A stretch of DNA of 51,087 bases from a virus (IMGVR_UViG_3300032260_000006:1-51087), one strand, 5' to 3'; shown: positions 38,729 to 48,873, counted from the first letter of the stretch. Program-made: numbers and translations. The notes: generated by a model from the sequence alone, not told the origin.

Positions 38729-39412
38729 TTATTTTAAATTTTGTTTGGTCCACTCATAGATATCAAAATGAGTAGATATGGTTTTCTGCTTATGTAGCTT
38801 AAATAGAAGAGCTTCTACTTCTTCTTTATTCCAACTTTCTTTGATGTGTAAATATATTTTGATTTCTAATTCATCATATTCACCTGTAGCTGGCCAACAA
38901 TAAATCTCATCAGTTGGTACTCTATCTTCCCAATCTTTACCAACAACACCTTCATCATATTGAACTTTAGCTACAACACTAAGTTTTTTATTGTAAGTTT
39001 CTATAAATTCCTTTAAGAACTCATCTGATAAACTAGGAAGGTTTAAACTTTTGTCTGTAGATGCTATAACTTTAACAAAATATTCCTTTGTTTTATAAGG
39101 GTAATGTACATTGCTTAATGTGGTTAAATCATGGGTTTGGTATTCTTTATCAAAAGAATATTTTCCTATTTGACCCTTACCAATAGATTTTAATAATATC
39201 CAATCACCTTCTTTTATTTCATCATCTGATGTGATATAAAGATGTTGGGTAGTATATGATTTATTTGCTTTAAACTCTCTTATAGCTAAACCTAAATCAT
39301 TCCCTAATAATGGATTGCTTTCAAAATAATCTTTATTAGGCTTAGTTATATCACCAATCTTAATCCCAGTTTCTTCACTAGGCAACATTACTATTTTTAC
39401 TTCCTTATACAT
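38729..39412 (-). CDS. Hypothetical protein
   Basis: 227 aa with 'QHLYITSDDEIKEGDW...VIASTDKSL.LP', a pattern I recall from Bacteroidota phage proteins. Confidence 0.65.
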   Translation of the reverse strand: MYKEVKIVMLPSEETGIKIGDITKPNKDYFESNPLLGNDLGLAIREFKANKSYTTQHLYITSDDEIKEGDWILLKSIGKGQIGKYSFDKEYQTHDLTTLSNVHYPYKTKEYFVKVIASTDKSLNLPSLSDEFLKEFIETYNKKLSVVAKVQYDEGVVGKDWEDRVPTDEIYCWPATGEYDELEIKIYLHIKESWNKEEVEALLFKLHKQKTISTHFDIYEWTKQNLK

Positions 39413-39418
39413 AACTAT

Positions 39419-39910
39419 TTATTTTAAATCTTTATCGCCATGTAGTGAATTGCTTTTATATAATTCCAACAACTCCTTAAATGATATCACTGGAATAAAT
39501 ACCCCATCTTTATATCCATGAACTTCAATAAACTCTTCAGCATCAATAACTTCAATTTTTGCTTTTCTAACTAACCATAACCAAAAGGTAGTTATGGTAT
39601 CATCTAAATCTGGGGTTTTATTCCTATACTCAATTATAAGCTTTTCTAATTCCCGTTCCCTTTCTTGTAGCCTAACTTCAAACTTTTCAACATCTTTCCA
39701 TATGTCATCAATATCCTGTTGGGTTTTCTTTTGGTAATCAGGCTTACTTGGATCACACCAATCAGTACAATCATTATTACTACTTGCCCAACCTATTCCA
39801 TTCCACTGTTCAAAATGCATCTTGTCACATTTTCTTCTATGTATAAGATACCTTCCTGGTTTTGGTGGATGACTTGTTTTATCTTCCCAACTATATTTTG
39901 TCCAATTCAT
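39419..39910 (-). CDS. Hypothetical protein with DUF551-like N-terminus
   Basis: Likely start MNWTKY, with 'PPKPGRYLI...W'. Confidence 0.55.
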   Translation of the reverse strand: MNWTKYSWEDKTSHPPKPGRYLIHRRKCDKMHFEQWNGIGWASSNNDCTDWCDPSKPDYQKKTQQDIDDIWKDVEKFEVRLQERERELEKLIIEYRNKTPDLDDTITTFWLWLVRKAKIEVIDAEEFIEVHGYKDGVFIPVISFKELLELYKSNSLHGDKDLK

Positions 39911-40068
39911 AAATTCATAATAATTAATACACATGTTGTAGCTATTATTACAACCAATATACCTATAATTAATTCCTTTTTATATTCTTTATCTGTCATA
40001 GGTTCCATAATACAGTTATCAATAATGTCATTACTATTGCCCATGCTACTGTTAATAAAATTCTATCT

Positions 40069-40305
40069 CTAGTATTTTTCATCTTCATGTTTTATGATAT
40101 CATTATATAATTCCCTCAAAGCCACCACATCTATTCTATCAACCTTCAAAACACCATACTTTAATCTTGTCTTAGCTTCACAATCTGCTATCTTATCTGA
40201 AATTAATTTCTTTATCTTGCTTACTGAAATAAATTTTCGAGGTTTAGGTTCAATACCATAAGCTCTTAAAAATTCATCATCGGACATATTTGCTTCGTGA
40301 CTCAT
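40069..40305 (-). CDS. Hypothetical protein
   Basis: 78-aa ORF in a tightly packed cluster. Confidence 0.55.
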   Translation of the reverse strand: MSHEANMSDDEFLRAYGIEPKPRKFISVSKIKKLISDKIADCEAKTRLKYGVLKVDRIDVVALRELYNDIIKHEDEKY

Positions 40306-40520
40306 TATTTCTTTTTTCTGTGTGTTATCATAAATCTATCGGACTTTTTATTTAAATCAGTTGATACCGAATATTCACCACTCTCTAAATGGAATACTGT
40401 TAGGTAGCAATACTGCCTATCTCCATTAGATATCCTGCCTTCGCTAACTACTTTCTGGATTAAACATAAAGCATCAAAATCACTTATTTCGGTTCTATTA
40501 TCAATTATAAGTTTACCCAT
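40305..40520 (-). CDS. Hypothetical protein
   Basis: 71 aa, 'GRISNGDRQYCYLT'. Confidence 0.6.
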   Translation of the reverse strand: MGKLIIDNRTEISDFDALCLIQKVVSEGRISNGDRQYCYLTVFHLESGEYSVSTDLNKKSDRFMITHRKKK

Positions 40521-40525
40521 ATAAC

Positions 40526-40717
40526 TTATCCTCCAAATTCATCAACAACTGCATTGTATAAATCAGATAATATAGCTTTAATGTCTTCTACACTCATTCC
40601 TAAACTTAGAAGTGTTCCTGCTGCTTTATGATATTTTTTAGCATTAGATTCATCCCACCAACCATCTTCATTAGGAAGTTCAAAATTTACAAAATCTACT
40701 AATTCTTTATTACCCAT
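40526..40717 (-). CDS. Hypothetical protein
   Basis: 63-aa ORF in the cluster. Confidence 0.55.
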   Translation of the reverse strand: MGNKELVDFVNFELPNEDGWWDESNAKKYHKAAGTLLSLGMSVEDIKAILSDLYNAVVDEFGG

Positions 40718-40718
40718 A

Positions 40719-41036
40719 TCAATATTGTCTTATACTGTTACAAACTTTAATTGCCCTTCTTTCGTCATCTGTGTATTCCAACACATAATAGGGTTTAATG
40801 TCTAGATCATCCTTATTCATGGTCCAGAATACATTACCATGCTCCTTACCTAACAATACTACAAATTCTTCAGTATGTTTCTTCTTAGAAGCTTTAATCT
40901 GCTGTTCTACATATTCCTCCATTGCAGCTAAAATGCCATTCCTAAGTTCATCAACTTCTTTATCTGATGTCGCTGATTTATCAAATACATAAATATCTTC
41001 TATATGCTTTTTCAACACTTCTTCTGGTGTTTTCAT
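40719..41036 (-). CDS. Hypothetical protein
   Basis: 105 aa, 'MKTPEEVL...AMEEY'. Confidence 0.6.
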   Translation of the reverse strand: MKTPEEVLKKHIEDIYVFDKSATSDKEVDELRNGILAAMEEYVEQQIKASKKKHTEEFVVLLGKEHGNVFWTMNKDDLDIKPYYVLEYTDDERRAIKVCNSIRQY

Positions 41037-41440
41037 TCTGTTTCTTTTTTAAACATTTCCAATAACTGCTCTGCATTTAAAACTTCATCATCAACAACCC
41101 ATTCATCTACATCACCATTGATTATATCTGTTAGGACACGTTTACTGATATCAGTTAGTTTCAATAATTTATCAACATATCTTTCTTCTGGCGTTTTGTT
41201 TTCCTCTTTTTCAGATTTAATTACATTAACTTCACTATATTCAAATAAAAAGGAAGTTAAGTCTGATGTCAATTGAACTGTTTTTAATTCAAAATTACCT
41301 ATCTTAGACTTAACCATTAAATTACTTTCATTAGAAACATGAAAGGCTATACCACCCATGTAATTTTCAACACATGATTTATATTTATCATCTTTAAGAT
41401 GTGATTGAAATTTCTTCAACATGTCTTCTTTTTTCATCAC
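41033..41440 (-). CDS. Hypothetical protein
   Basis: About 135 aa, overlapping the next ORF by 4 nt. Confidence 0.6.
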   Translation of the reverse strand: MMKKEDMLKKFQSHLKDDKYKSCVENYMGGIAFHVSNESNLMVKSKIGNFELKTVQLTSDLTSFLFEYSEVNVIKSEKEENKTPEERYVDKLLKLTDISKRVLTDIINGDVDEWVVDDEVLNAEQLLEMFKKETE

Positions 41441-41575
41441 TTATCAAATTTACTTTTAAACTTCTGTTGCTTTTCTCTATTTTTAATATGTCCACCTGTT
41501 TCTGATAAATCATAGGGGTTAAATTCTTTTTCTTCTACTGCTTTATTTTTCATAATCCACCTAACTATTGTTAAT

Positions 41576-41935
41576 TTATTCCTTTTCAATTTGCGGCAAT
41601 CCCAAAGAAGAACGCACTTTTGCTTCTGCTAATTGAGTAATTAAATCATCGTCTTGTAATAACTCTTTAGCTTTTTTAGCAATAATCTCTTTAAAATCTA
41701 ATTCTTCAATAGCTTTACTTACACCCTCTCTAAAGGCAGCTTCTACTTCCCAATCTAAAGCATTATCAAACTCTGAAATTTTATTCTTAAAAACCCCTTT
41801 AGAGAAGTAATTTTCAAGAATACCTTCAATATCTGCTTTATTTTTACCTAATGCAAGTCTAATAGAAGAATCAAGAACTTCATTGATTCTATCTTTTAAT
41901 TGCTTACCATCTATTTCAACCTTAAATTCATTCAT
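41576..41935 (-). CDS. Hypothetical protein
   Basis: 119-aa helical ORF. Confidence 0.6.
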   Translation of the reverse strand: MNEFKVEIDGKQLKDRINEVLDSSIRLALGKNKADIEGILENYFSKGVFKNKISEFDNALDWEVEAAFREGVSKAIEELDFKEIIAKKAKELLQDDDLITQLAEAKVRSSLGLPQIEKE

Positions 41936-41942
41936 ATATTAT

Positions 41943-43052
41943 TTATTTCTTTATTCCACGTATCCTATCTTTTGCACCATCCACATAATCCTGCTTCTGC
42001 AAAAGTCTTTCTTTTAATGCCACCCTTAATTTTTCAGCTTTATCAGTTTCTTCATCTGTAGGAAGTAATTGAGCATCTTCTGCGAATTTATTCTTTAGAT
42101 CTTGATACTCTTTTTCTCTTTCTAATGCCTTTTTTTGTAAATTATCCCAATTAAGTATTATTTTACTAGGGTAATCAGGAACTTCATGCATTAATGAGTC
42201 ATTTCTTTTAATACCTGTAAATTTAGCATACCAACTATTAGTTAATTGGTAGTTTAACACCATTGGATTAATACGCATTCTAGCTGCCACCCTCGATATT
42301 AATAGATTCATGAAGTTAATATCACTATATAATTGCTCAACACTCTTAGCGGACTCAATAGTTGCTGTTATGTTGATTGTACCATCTACATTAAGGTGGA
42401 CTTGTTCCCCTTCTACTTCTTTTCTGGCTTGTTCAAGTATATTTTTCATTTCTTTGGCATAAGGTAACATGTGTTTACCAGATGCTTTATCAAATTCTGA
42501 CCTTATCCTTCTAAGCATTATATCCAAGATCTCTAGTCTACTTCTTTTCCTGGATATACCAATTGTGCCATATTCAGAATCATAATCCAGCTGGAGTCTT
42601 TCAATCTCAATTCTGTATTTCTTATAAAATCTATGAACACTGGCTATATTTAATTGAAGACCTGTTTCAGTTAATAGTTTCTTATGTATCTCATCTACTG
42701 AATAATACATAGCAAATAACTCTAATACTTCTGCCTTTCTTGCTTCTAAAACACTCTTAAACCCTTGCTCTAGGGTGCCATAAGCCTTTCTTTTAAGCCT
42801 TGCCATATGGCTTTTCAATAGACTGAACCTGTCATATCTCTGGATGATAGCAGACTTCTCTGTTTCTGGAAGCCATTTTATTTTATTAAGTACATGAGAC
42901 TTGATACCAAACAGGTCTAACCTAGTAACCTCATCACTACATTGCCACATCCTATAGTTCTCATTATTAACTATATCCACAATTTTATTGTATCTCTCTC
43001 CTGCCTCCTTATTTGTACAGCTATCAATATGTACTTTACCACTTTTTGCCAC
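41943..43052 (-). CDS. Putative terminase small subunit (DUF2280-like HTH)
   Basis: GTG start. HTH-like 'VLELFAMYYSVDEIHKKL', 'ISRKRSRLEIL' and 'ILEQARKEVEG'. A late-promoter-like motif precedes it. Confidence 0.5.
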   Translation of the reverse strand: MAKSGKVHIDSCTNKEAGERYNKIVDIVNNENYRMWQCSDEVTRLDLFGIKSHVLNKIKWLPETEKSAIIQRYDRFSLLKSHMARLKRKAYGTLEQGFKSVLEARKAEVLELFAMYYSVDEIHKKLLTETGLQLNIASVHRFYKKYRIEIERLQLDYDSEYGTIGISRKRSRLEILDIMLRRIRSEFDKASGKHMLPYAKEMKNILEQARKEVEGEQVHLNVDGTINITATIESAKSVEQLYSDINFMNLLISRVAARMRINPMVLNYQLTNSWYAKFTGIKRNDSLMHEVPDYPSKIILNWDNLQKKALEREKEYQDLKNKFAEDAQLLPTDEETDKAEKLRVALKERLLQKQDYVDGAKDRIRGIKK

Positions 43053-43165
43053 TCTATGCTATTTATGTTATTATTAAATAAAATATAAAAGTAATACAAA
43101 TACTGTCAATATACTTATTTTTTTGTTTTAATGCTTGCACTAAAGCCTGTTCAATACATCTTAAA

Positions 43166-43660
43166 TTATATTTTATGTACTGCACTTGCTTTGTTTTTCT
43201 TTTTATATTTTACCATCCATTCTTTAAAATTAACCCTAAGCCCTTTTCTATTATTAAGGCGCATAAATTCAATCCCTGCATCAAAAGCCTTTTCCATATC
43301 AAGTCGGCTAAACCTAAGTTTGTTTTCATCAATATATTTTTCAGCTAATTCTTTTGTTGAAAATGATTTACAACCATCTAATGTATCAAGTGTATCATAA
43401 TATACTTCATCTTTCTTAGCTTTCGTTGAAAATGCATGTTCAGCTCCATTCTCAACAAACCAAACCTTCTCACCTATATATATGTCTTTTCCATCTTCAG
43501 TAGTAAATAGAGGTTGTTCAATTTCCTCAAATATTTCTGGATATAATTTCGGGTCAAAACACAATTCGTTTTCTATGGCAAATTTACCATCGTTATCAAC
43601 TTCACACACTTCACCTTTCTCAAGAAAAGGACTTTTAATTTTAACTCTATATTTTTTCAT
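43166..43660 (-). CDS. Hypothetical protein
   Basis: 164 aa, 'PLFTTEDGKDIYIGE...FSTKELAEKYI'. Confidence 0.65.
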   Translation of the reverse strand: MKKYRVKIKSPFLEKGEVCEVDNDGKFAIENELCFDPKLYPEIFEEIEQPLFTTEDGKDIYIGEKVWFVENGAEHAFSTKAKKDEVYYDTLDTLDGCKSFSTKELAEKYIDENKLRFSRLDMEKAFDAGIEFMRLNNRKGLRVNFKEWMVKYKKKNKASAVHKI

Positions 43661-44141
43661 TAGTTAATTTATTACGTATGCTTTGCATTAATTCAATAAA
43701 TTTTTCTTTCCCTAATAATTTATGAACGTAATTTCTAAGCTCTTGGAATTCAAATTCATTTTGTATCTTACTTTTATCAATATTTATTTGTTTTTCTATT
43801 GTTTTTAAATTACTTAACTGGTTTTGTATTCTTACAATTTGTGTTCCTTTTATTCTACTTGCTAAGTTAGCTTTTGCCATCCAGTTAGTATCTACTTTTT
43901 TACCTTCTTTTAATTCGGATTTTGCTATTAATAACTGTTTTTCAATTGCAAATTTTTGGATTTTTATTTGCTCCTGTTCATTTAATAATCTATTTCGTTT
44001 TTTTATAATCCCATTACCTTCACTATTATAATCATCAACCCACAATTTAAAATGAATATCAATTAAGTCTTCAATTTCTTCCAAATCAAAATATTTGCGT
44101 TCAGATAATAACTCGGCTAATATTTTTATATCTCTATTCAT
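43647..44141 (-). CDS. Hypothetical coiled-coil protein
   Basis: 164-aa ORF overlapping its neighbours. Confidence 0.6.
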   Translation of the reverse strand: MNRDIKILAELLSERKYFDLEEIEDLIDIHFKLWVDDYNSEGNGIIKKRNRLLNEQEQIKIQKFAIEKQLLIAKSELKEGKKVDTNWMAKANLASRIKGTQIVRIQNQLSNLKTIEKQINIDKSKIQNEFEFQELRNYVHKLLGKEKFIELMQSIRNKLTNEKI

Positions 44142-44455
44142 TTAATTAACTTTAAGTTTAGTCCATCAATTAAAGCTTTTTCAAGTTCACTCTCATATAC
44201 ATTTCTACTTGAATGAACACTAAACATTTCTTCTTTATTTTTATATAAATAATATGAATATCCATCACTATTATATTCTGGAGTAACTATGACATCAATA
44301 TCTTTCTTTTCTCTTAAGAACTTCTGGAGCTCACACATCCATAAATAAAACCAATACTCAAAAATTTCACCTTTTTTCTCAATGAAGAAATCCATATCAA
44401 TATGGTCTGACTTAAATCCCCTTTGTTTGGCTAAACTTATTAGTTGTTCTTTCAT
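44138..44455 (-). CDS. Hypothetical protein
   Basis: 105 aa, 'ELQKFLREKK.I...YESELEKAL'. Confidence 0.6.
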   Translation of the reverse strand: MKEQLISLAKQRGFKSDHIDMDFFIEKKGEIFEYWFYLWMCELQKFLREKKDIDVIVTPEYNSDGYSYYLYKNKEEMFSVHSSRNVYESELEKALIDGLNLKLIK

Positions 44456-44690
44456 CTCTTCTTATCTTAATTGGTAAATTATTTCTGATATTTCTACTTA
44501 CACTCCACCTAACTTTGATTTCTTTTTTTCTTCTTATCTTCCTTGGATTATTCCACCCTGTTTCTAGTAATCTTTTTGATTTGAGCGAATCCTTTTCTTT
44601 TTTTGTTAGTTTTTCTTTTGTGTAACCCATTCCAATAGAAAGTTCAATTCTGTAGGGATAATCAAATGTATTATTTCTTGTTGCTATCAT
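44412..44690 (-). CDS. Hypothetical basic protein
   Basis: 92-aa ORF with an ATGA overlap. Confidence 0.45.
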   Translation of the reverse strand: MIATRNNTFDYPYRIELSIGMGYTKEKLTKKEKDSLKSKRLLETGWNNPRKIRRKKEIKVRWSVSRNIRNNLPIKIRRDERTTNKFSQTKGI

Positions 44691-44890
44691 TTATGATAAT
44701 TATCTATTAAATTCTTTAACTCTCTAAAAAAATCTATTACACCCTTCATAGAAATTATTCCACCTGTTGGTCTTACTCTATCTCTATAATGTTCACAATC
44801 AGAACATCTACAATACATTACTAAAGTGGCTGAATCTAATTTAGTACAACTAAATTCTTGATAAGGACATTTATAGTCTATTTTACTCAT
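44687..44890 (-). CDS. Hypothetical Cys-rich protein
   Basis: 67 aa. Confidence 0.55.
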   Translation of the reverse strand: MSKIDYKCPYQEFSCTKLDSATLVMYCRCSDCEHYRDRVRPTGGIISMKGVIDFFRELKNLIDNYHK

Positions 44891-44906
44891 ATTTCTTATT
44901 TTTTAT

Positions 44907-45170
44907 TTATACATAACCTGTTAATTCCCTACCGCAATCATCGCAAATACATGAATCGGAATATGTCTTTGATAACTTAAAGCTTTTAGAGCATAAGGTG
45001 CAAACACCCATTCCCTTTTCTAAATGATCTATTTCATACTGTATATGCTTATTGATCATTCCATGTAATTTGGCTATGGATTCTCTTAAATTTTCATGAG
45101 TTATAACACTTCCCACCTCACCAATAGTTGCTTCAATTGCACCACAAATGTCTAATTTTTTAAACTCCAT
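44907..45170 (-). CDS. Hypothetical zinc-finger protein
   Basis: 87 aa with two CxxC motifs. Confidence 0.55.
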   Translation of the reverse strand: MEFKKLDICGAIEATIGEVGSVITHENLRESIAKLHGMINKHIQYEIDHLEKGMGVCTLCSKSFKLSKTYSDSCICDDCGRELTGYV

Positions 45171-45445
45171 TACTTTCTTAATTTAATACACTCTAAACTA
45201 TCTTTAGTTATGTTTACTACAAACACATGTCCTTTACCATTAGAAAATACTTTATAGTGTATTTTAGAAGTATAATAGTCTACTGAAAATACTTTATATT
45301 GTAATGTGGTACCTTCAATAACTACTTCACGAAGTTGCTCTTTTTCTGTTACCTTATTGTCGTTACCAGAACAACAACTCAATACTAACAATAATGTTAA
45401 TATTGTAACTAAAAATAATGCTCTTGCTTTAAAATGTGTTTTCAT
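45170..45445 (-). CDS. Putative lipoprotein
   Basis: Basic N-terminus, hydrophobic core and lipobox-like 'VLSC'. Confidence 0.55.
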   Translation of the reverse strand: MKTHFKARALFLVTILTLLLVLSCCSGNDNKVTEKEQLREVVIEGTTLQYKVFSVDYYTSKIHYKVFSNGKGHVFVVNITKDSLECIKLRK

Positions 45446-45799
45446 TTTATTAGTTTTTTATTTACGTGTCAATGTTATTGAAATATGATAAAGTTCTCCA
45501 TCTTCTAACTTATCTTTAATTATTTTATTAGGATCAACCAAGCTAGAATAGTCATCATAATCTTCCCTTAATTCATTTTTCTTCTTACATACATCAAAAC
45601 TTAATATCATCGTTTCAGCTATTTTCATTTTATCTTTTTTTAGTTTTATCGTTATTCTTTTTTAGTTTTATATTTTTCTCACATACTTTTGGATCAATAT
45701 GTTGAATATAGTCTTTATTTTTATCAACATAAGGAGTACCTTGAATTTCTCCATCACATCCACATACATCACATGTTACTGTAAATGTTAATCTTTTCA

Positions 45800-46168
45800 T
45801 TAGTCTGCGTTAAATATTAATTCACCATCTAATTTATCGAAAAAATCTATAAGTCTACTATTCTCATTTTCGGCTTCAGCTAATTCATAAATATAGTAAA
45901 ACATTTCTTTTTGTGCTTTCTCTATACCTATTTTAGCCATATTTTCTAATCCATAATTACCTGAATCTAAAACCTCTTTTCTTGCATCTTCAAAAATATC
46001 TTTTGCATCTCTCATTGCTAATTGAGGTTTCTCTTTTTCAGGTAAGCGAGAACTGGGCACATCATTACATAATGCATTGTTATCTCCACAAATTTCACAC
46101 CCACCCATTGACTTGCTTATTGACTCAGGCCAATTATTTTTTTCTTTACATTTATTACAATAAAACAT
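45800..46168 (-). CDS. Hypothetical protein with N-terminal zinc finger
   Basis: 'MFYCNKC...WPES...GGCEICG...CND'. Confidence 0.6.
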   Translation of the reverse strand: MFYCNKCKEKNNWPESISKSMGGCEICGDNNALCNDVPSSRLPEKEKPQLAMRDAKDIFEDARKEVLDSGNYGLENMAKIGIEKAQKEMFYYIYELAEAENENSRLIDFFDKLDGELIFNAD

Positions 46169-46359
46169 ATTTTTATTTTTTTAATTACAATTCCCATTAC
46201 AAGACAACTTTCCACAATAGGAACAATATCTTCCCATTGATTTTTGGACACCTTTTGCTATTTTAACATCAATATCCCAAGTTTCTTCAAATGTTAATGT
46301 TTCAATTCTACCTTCTTTTTTGAGTTTTTCAATTACCTTTGAAATTCTGCCTTTCATAA

Positions 46360-46671
46360 TTATTTCTTTATCAATAACTCAATTAATTCTAAAGCTTCTT
46401 TTACTGTTGACACCCTTTCAGCATCTAAATCAGATATAGCTATATGAAATTGCTGTTCACACATCATTAATAATTCAATATCATCTAAACTATCAAAACC
46501 TAAATGATCATGAAAATGTGACTCTTCACTTATTGCATGAGTTGGAAGTCCTGATAAATTACTAACCATATTTATAAACTTCTCTTTATGCTTATAAACC
46601 TTTTCTATTTCTTTTTTTACTACAATCTTTTTTATTGCAGGTTTCTTTTTTGTAACTTTTTTCTTTGCCAT
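46360..46671 (-). CDS. acpP: Acyl carrier protein (AcpP-like) with basic N-terminal extension
   Basis: 'LGFDSLDDIELLMMCEQQFHIAISD.DAERVSTV' contains the DSL phosphopantetheinylation motif. Confidence 0.85.
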   Translation of the reverse strand: MAKKKVTKKKPAIKKIVVKKEIEKVYKHKEKFINMVSNLSGLPTHAISEESHFHDHLGFDSLDDIELLMMCEQQFHIAISDLDAERVSTVKEALELIELLIKK

Positions 46672-46682
46672 TGTTATTTTTT

Positions 46683-47036
46683 TTAATATTCAATATTGTT
46701 ATCCTTACAAAACTTTTCAAACTCTTTTTCTGTTCCAAAGAAATTTCTATACATCTTACCTGTTTTACTTATATGGTCTGAAATGTCAAATTCTTCCCAA
46801 CCCATATTTTTTGCCAATATTCCAACTGACTTTAAGGTTTCTAATTTTACAACTTCAGACTCAAGATTCTTTATTTGTAATTTTGTGTGTTTTATAGAAT
46901 TATCAAAAACATTTTCTGAATCATAGGTAAATAGTGGGGCTCTGCCCTTTTCTTTATACACGTCCACAATTGACTTACTTAGAAAATCCCTAATTTCTTT
47001 ATTCTCTAAACCTTCATGTATTTCAGTATCTTTCAT
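46683..47036 (-). CDS. Hypothetical protein
   Basis: 117-aa ORF. Confidence 0.6.
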   Translation of the reverse strand: MKDTEIHEGLENKEIRDFLSKSIVDVYKEKGRAPLFTYDSENVFDNSIKHTKLQIKNLESEVVKLETLKSVGILAKNMGWEEFDISDHISKTGKMYRNFFGTEKEFEKFCKDNNIEY

Positions 47037-47134
47037 GTTGTTTTTTTAAAACAATTTACTTAGTTCTTTTACTACTAATACACCTAATGTTATTAGTGCT
47101 ATTATTACTCCTGCTATTCCAAATACTGCTCCCA

Positions 47135-47362
47135 TTATTTCTCTAATTTATCAATTCGCTCAAGACAATCCTTTGTTTTAAAGAAGACTCTTTGTTTTAT
47201 TTTATCACTTAACTTATGCTCTTCAACTTCATCTGAATATTGAATCACATTTATGACTGACATTACTGATATTGGAATATTAGTGTTATAAATAGCAGCT
47301 ATTTCATTTTGCCATGCAGCTATTTTTCTATCGGATAAGTATTTTAACTTTAATTTCTTCAT
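47135..47362 (-). CDS. Hypothetical protein
   Basis: Start MKKLKL is preferred because a promoter-like TCTG-N19-TATATTCG lies in the longer TTG-started extension. Confidence 0.55.
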   Translation of the reverse strand: MKKLKLKYLSDRKIAAWQNEIAAIYNTNIPISVMSVINVIQYSDEVEEHKLSDKIKQRVFFKTKDCLERIDKLEK

Positions 47363-47570
47363 GATGTTTGATTGTTTACGAATATATAAATTATATTTTA
47401 ATTTACAGAAAAATATCTGTTTATTTTTCAAGTTTTTCTAGTAATCTATCTCTTTTTGCAAATAATTTAGTTAATGCTCTATCGGTATGATCAATATTCT
47501 TATCAAATATCTTCTTATCGACTTCTTGTAATTTTACCTTTACTTTTTTAATATTTTTCATGATATTTTT

Positions 47571-48197
47571 TTATTTGTTTTCGATTGAAATTTGCAATTC
47601 TTTTTTTAATCCTTCTATTCCTAATGAATGAACTTTGTGATCTATGTAGTTAGATATACTATGCTTTGCCTCAGTAACTGATTTTTCCATTGCTTCATTA
47701 AAACAAGTCATAACAAAGTTAGTATTGCTTGATATATGGTTTTTTAATACTTCTAGTTCATGCTTTATTTCAGATGCTTTTCTTTTACCTATATTGCCTT
47801 CAAACATATCTAATATGTTGTCAATACGTATTTTATACTTAGAATGTGTATCTTTCATACTGTTAGAAAATTGCTCTTTTTTATCTTCAATATGATCTAT
47901 TTGCTCAACCTTTTTATTCCCATATCGTTTAATTGTGCATGGAACTCCAGATGTATTCATTCCACTAGTAATTGCATCTACAAATTGATTATGAGATAAT
48001 TCTATCCTTATTAATGATTCTGTTGTATGGTACCAGTCTGAATTTAGTTTAGTTTCTTTTTCTGCATTACTTATGGTAATTGAAATACCACCACTATGGG
48101 ATAAATCAGACCCAAAAAACTGAGATTTATTACAACTAAATCTTGAAATATTTATCATTCCATAACTTTCATGATTTTTTATTTCTGTATTTTCCAT
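47571..48197 (-). CDS. Conserved-type phage hypothetical protein
   Basis: 208 aa, 'HESYGMINISR...FFGSDL...GVPCTI', downstream of a promoter. Confidence 0.7.
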   Translation of the reverse strand: MENTEIKNHESYGMINISRFSCNKSQFFGSDLSHSGGISITISNAEKETKLNSDWYHTTESLIRIELSHNQFVDAITSGMNTSGVPCTIKRYGNKKVEQIDHIEDKKEQFSNSMKDTHSKYKIRIDNILDMFEGNIGKRKASEIKHELEVLKNHISSNTNFVMTCFNEAMEKSVTEAKHSISNYIDHKVHSLGIEGLKKELQISIENK

Positions 48198-48227
48198 TTT
48201 ATTTTTTCTTAATTTTAATTAACTTTA

Positions 48228-48258
48228 CAAATATAGTTTATATATTTTTAAAAACAAA
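48228..48258 (-). promoter_or_regulatory. Bacteroidota housekeeping-sigma promoter
   Basis: TTTG-N19-TATATTTG. Confidence 0.75.
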
Positions 48259-48265
48259 AAAATAT

Positions 48266-48493
48266 TCAACTTTTTTTATTAAAATAATTTTTAAACCACT
48301 TTTCTAATTTATATTCTTTCACCCACTTCTTAGTCTCCTCTTCTATTTCTGGGTGTTCAAGAAGATCTATTTCAGCTATAACAGAATCAATTCCTGCACT
48401 TGATTTTTTATTTTTCTTTTCTTTAGAATAATTCCATAATATTAATATTACAGCTAAAATTGCTAATAAAAGAATACCCTCTTCTTTACTCAT
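48266..48493 (-). CDS. Small membrane protein
   Basis: 75 aa with an N-terminal TM helix. Confidence 0.6.
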   Translation of the reverse strand: MSKEEGILLLAILAVILILWNYSKEKKNKKSSAGIDSVIAEIDLLEHPEIEEETKKWVKEYKLEKWFKNYFNKKS

Positions 48494-48495
48494 AA

Positions 48496-48873
48496 CTAAA
48501 AATCCTCAAATTTAAAAGTTCCTTCTGTATTCCCACGATCAATTCTTAACATCTTTGACCTAAAATCGCCCTCTGAAGCTGTTATTATTAAATATTGGCC
48601 ATACACCCTTACATTTTCATGAAGTATCTCAAATTGATCTGAAAAGTCATCTTTATAAATTTGAATAAAATCAAAATCACCCTCCTCTTCATCAAAGGTG
48701 TGGCATTTTACAAAACCTAATGTTTTTTTATTATCTCTACATTGCTGTAAATGCTTTAACATTCCACCAATAGGTTGGTAAAATTCCAATATCTCTTCTA
48801 ATGATTCATACATAAGGTCATTTCTGCCCTTATTTAATGAAAGTGAAAGATTTATGTTTTTAATTATTTTCAT
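48496..48873 (-). CDS. Hypothetical protein
   Basis: Start trimmed to MKIIKN (48873) or a later Met, because the longer ORF overlaps the tRNA. Confidence 0.55.
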   Translation of the reverse strand: MKIIKNINLSLSLNKGRNDLMYESLEEILEFYQPIGGMLKHLQQCRDNKKTLGFVKCHTFDEEEGDFDFIQIYKDDFSDQFEILHENVRVYGQYLIITASEGDFRSKMLRIDRGNTEGTFKFEDF

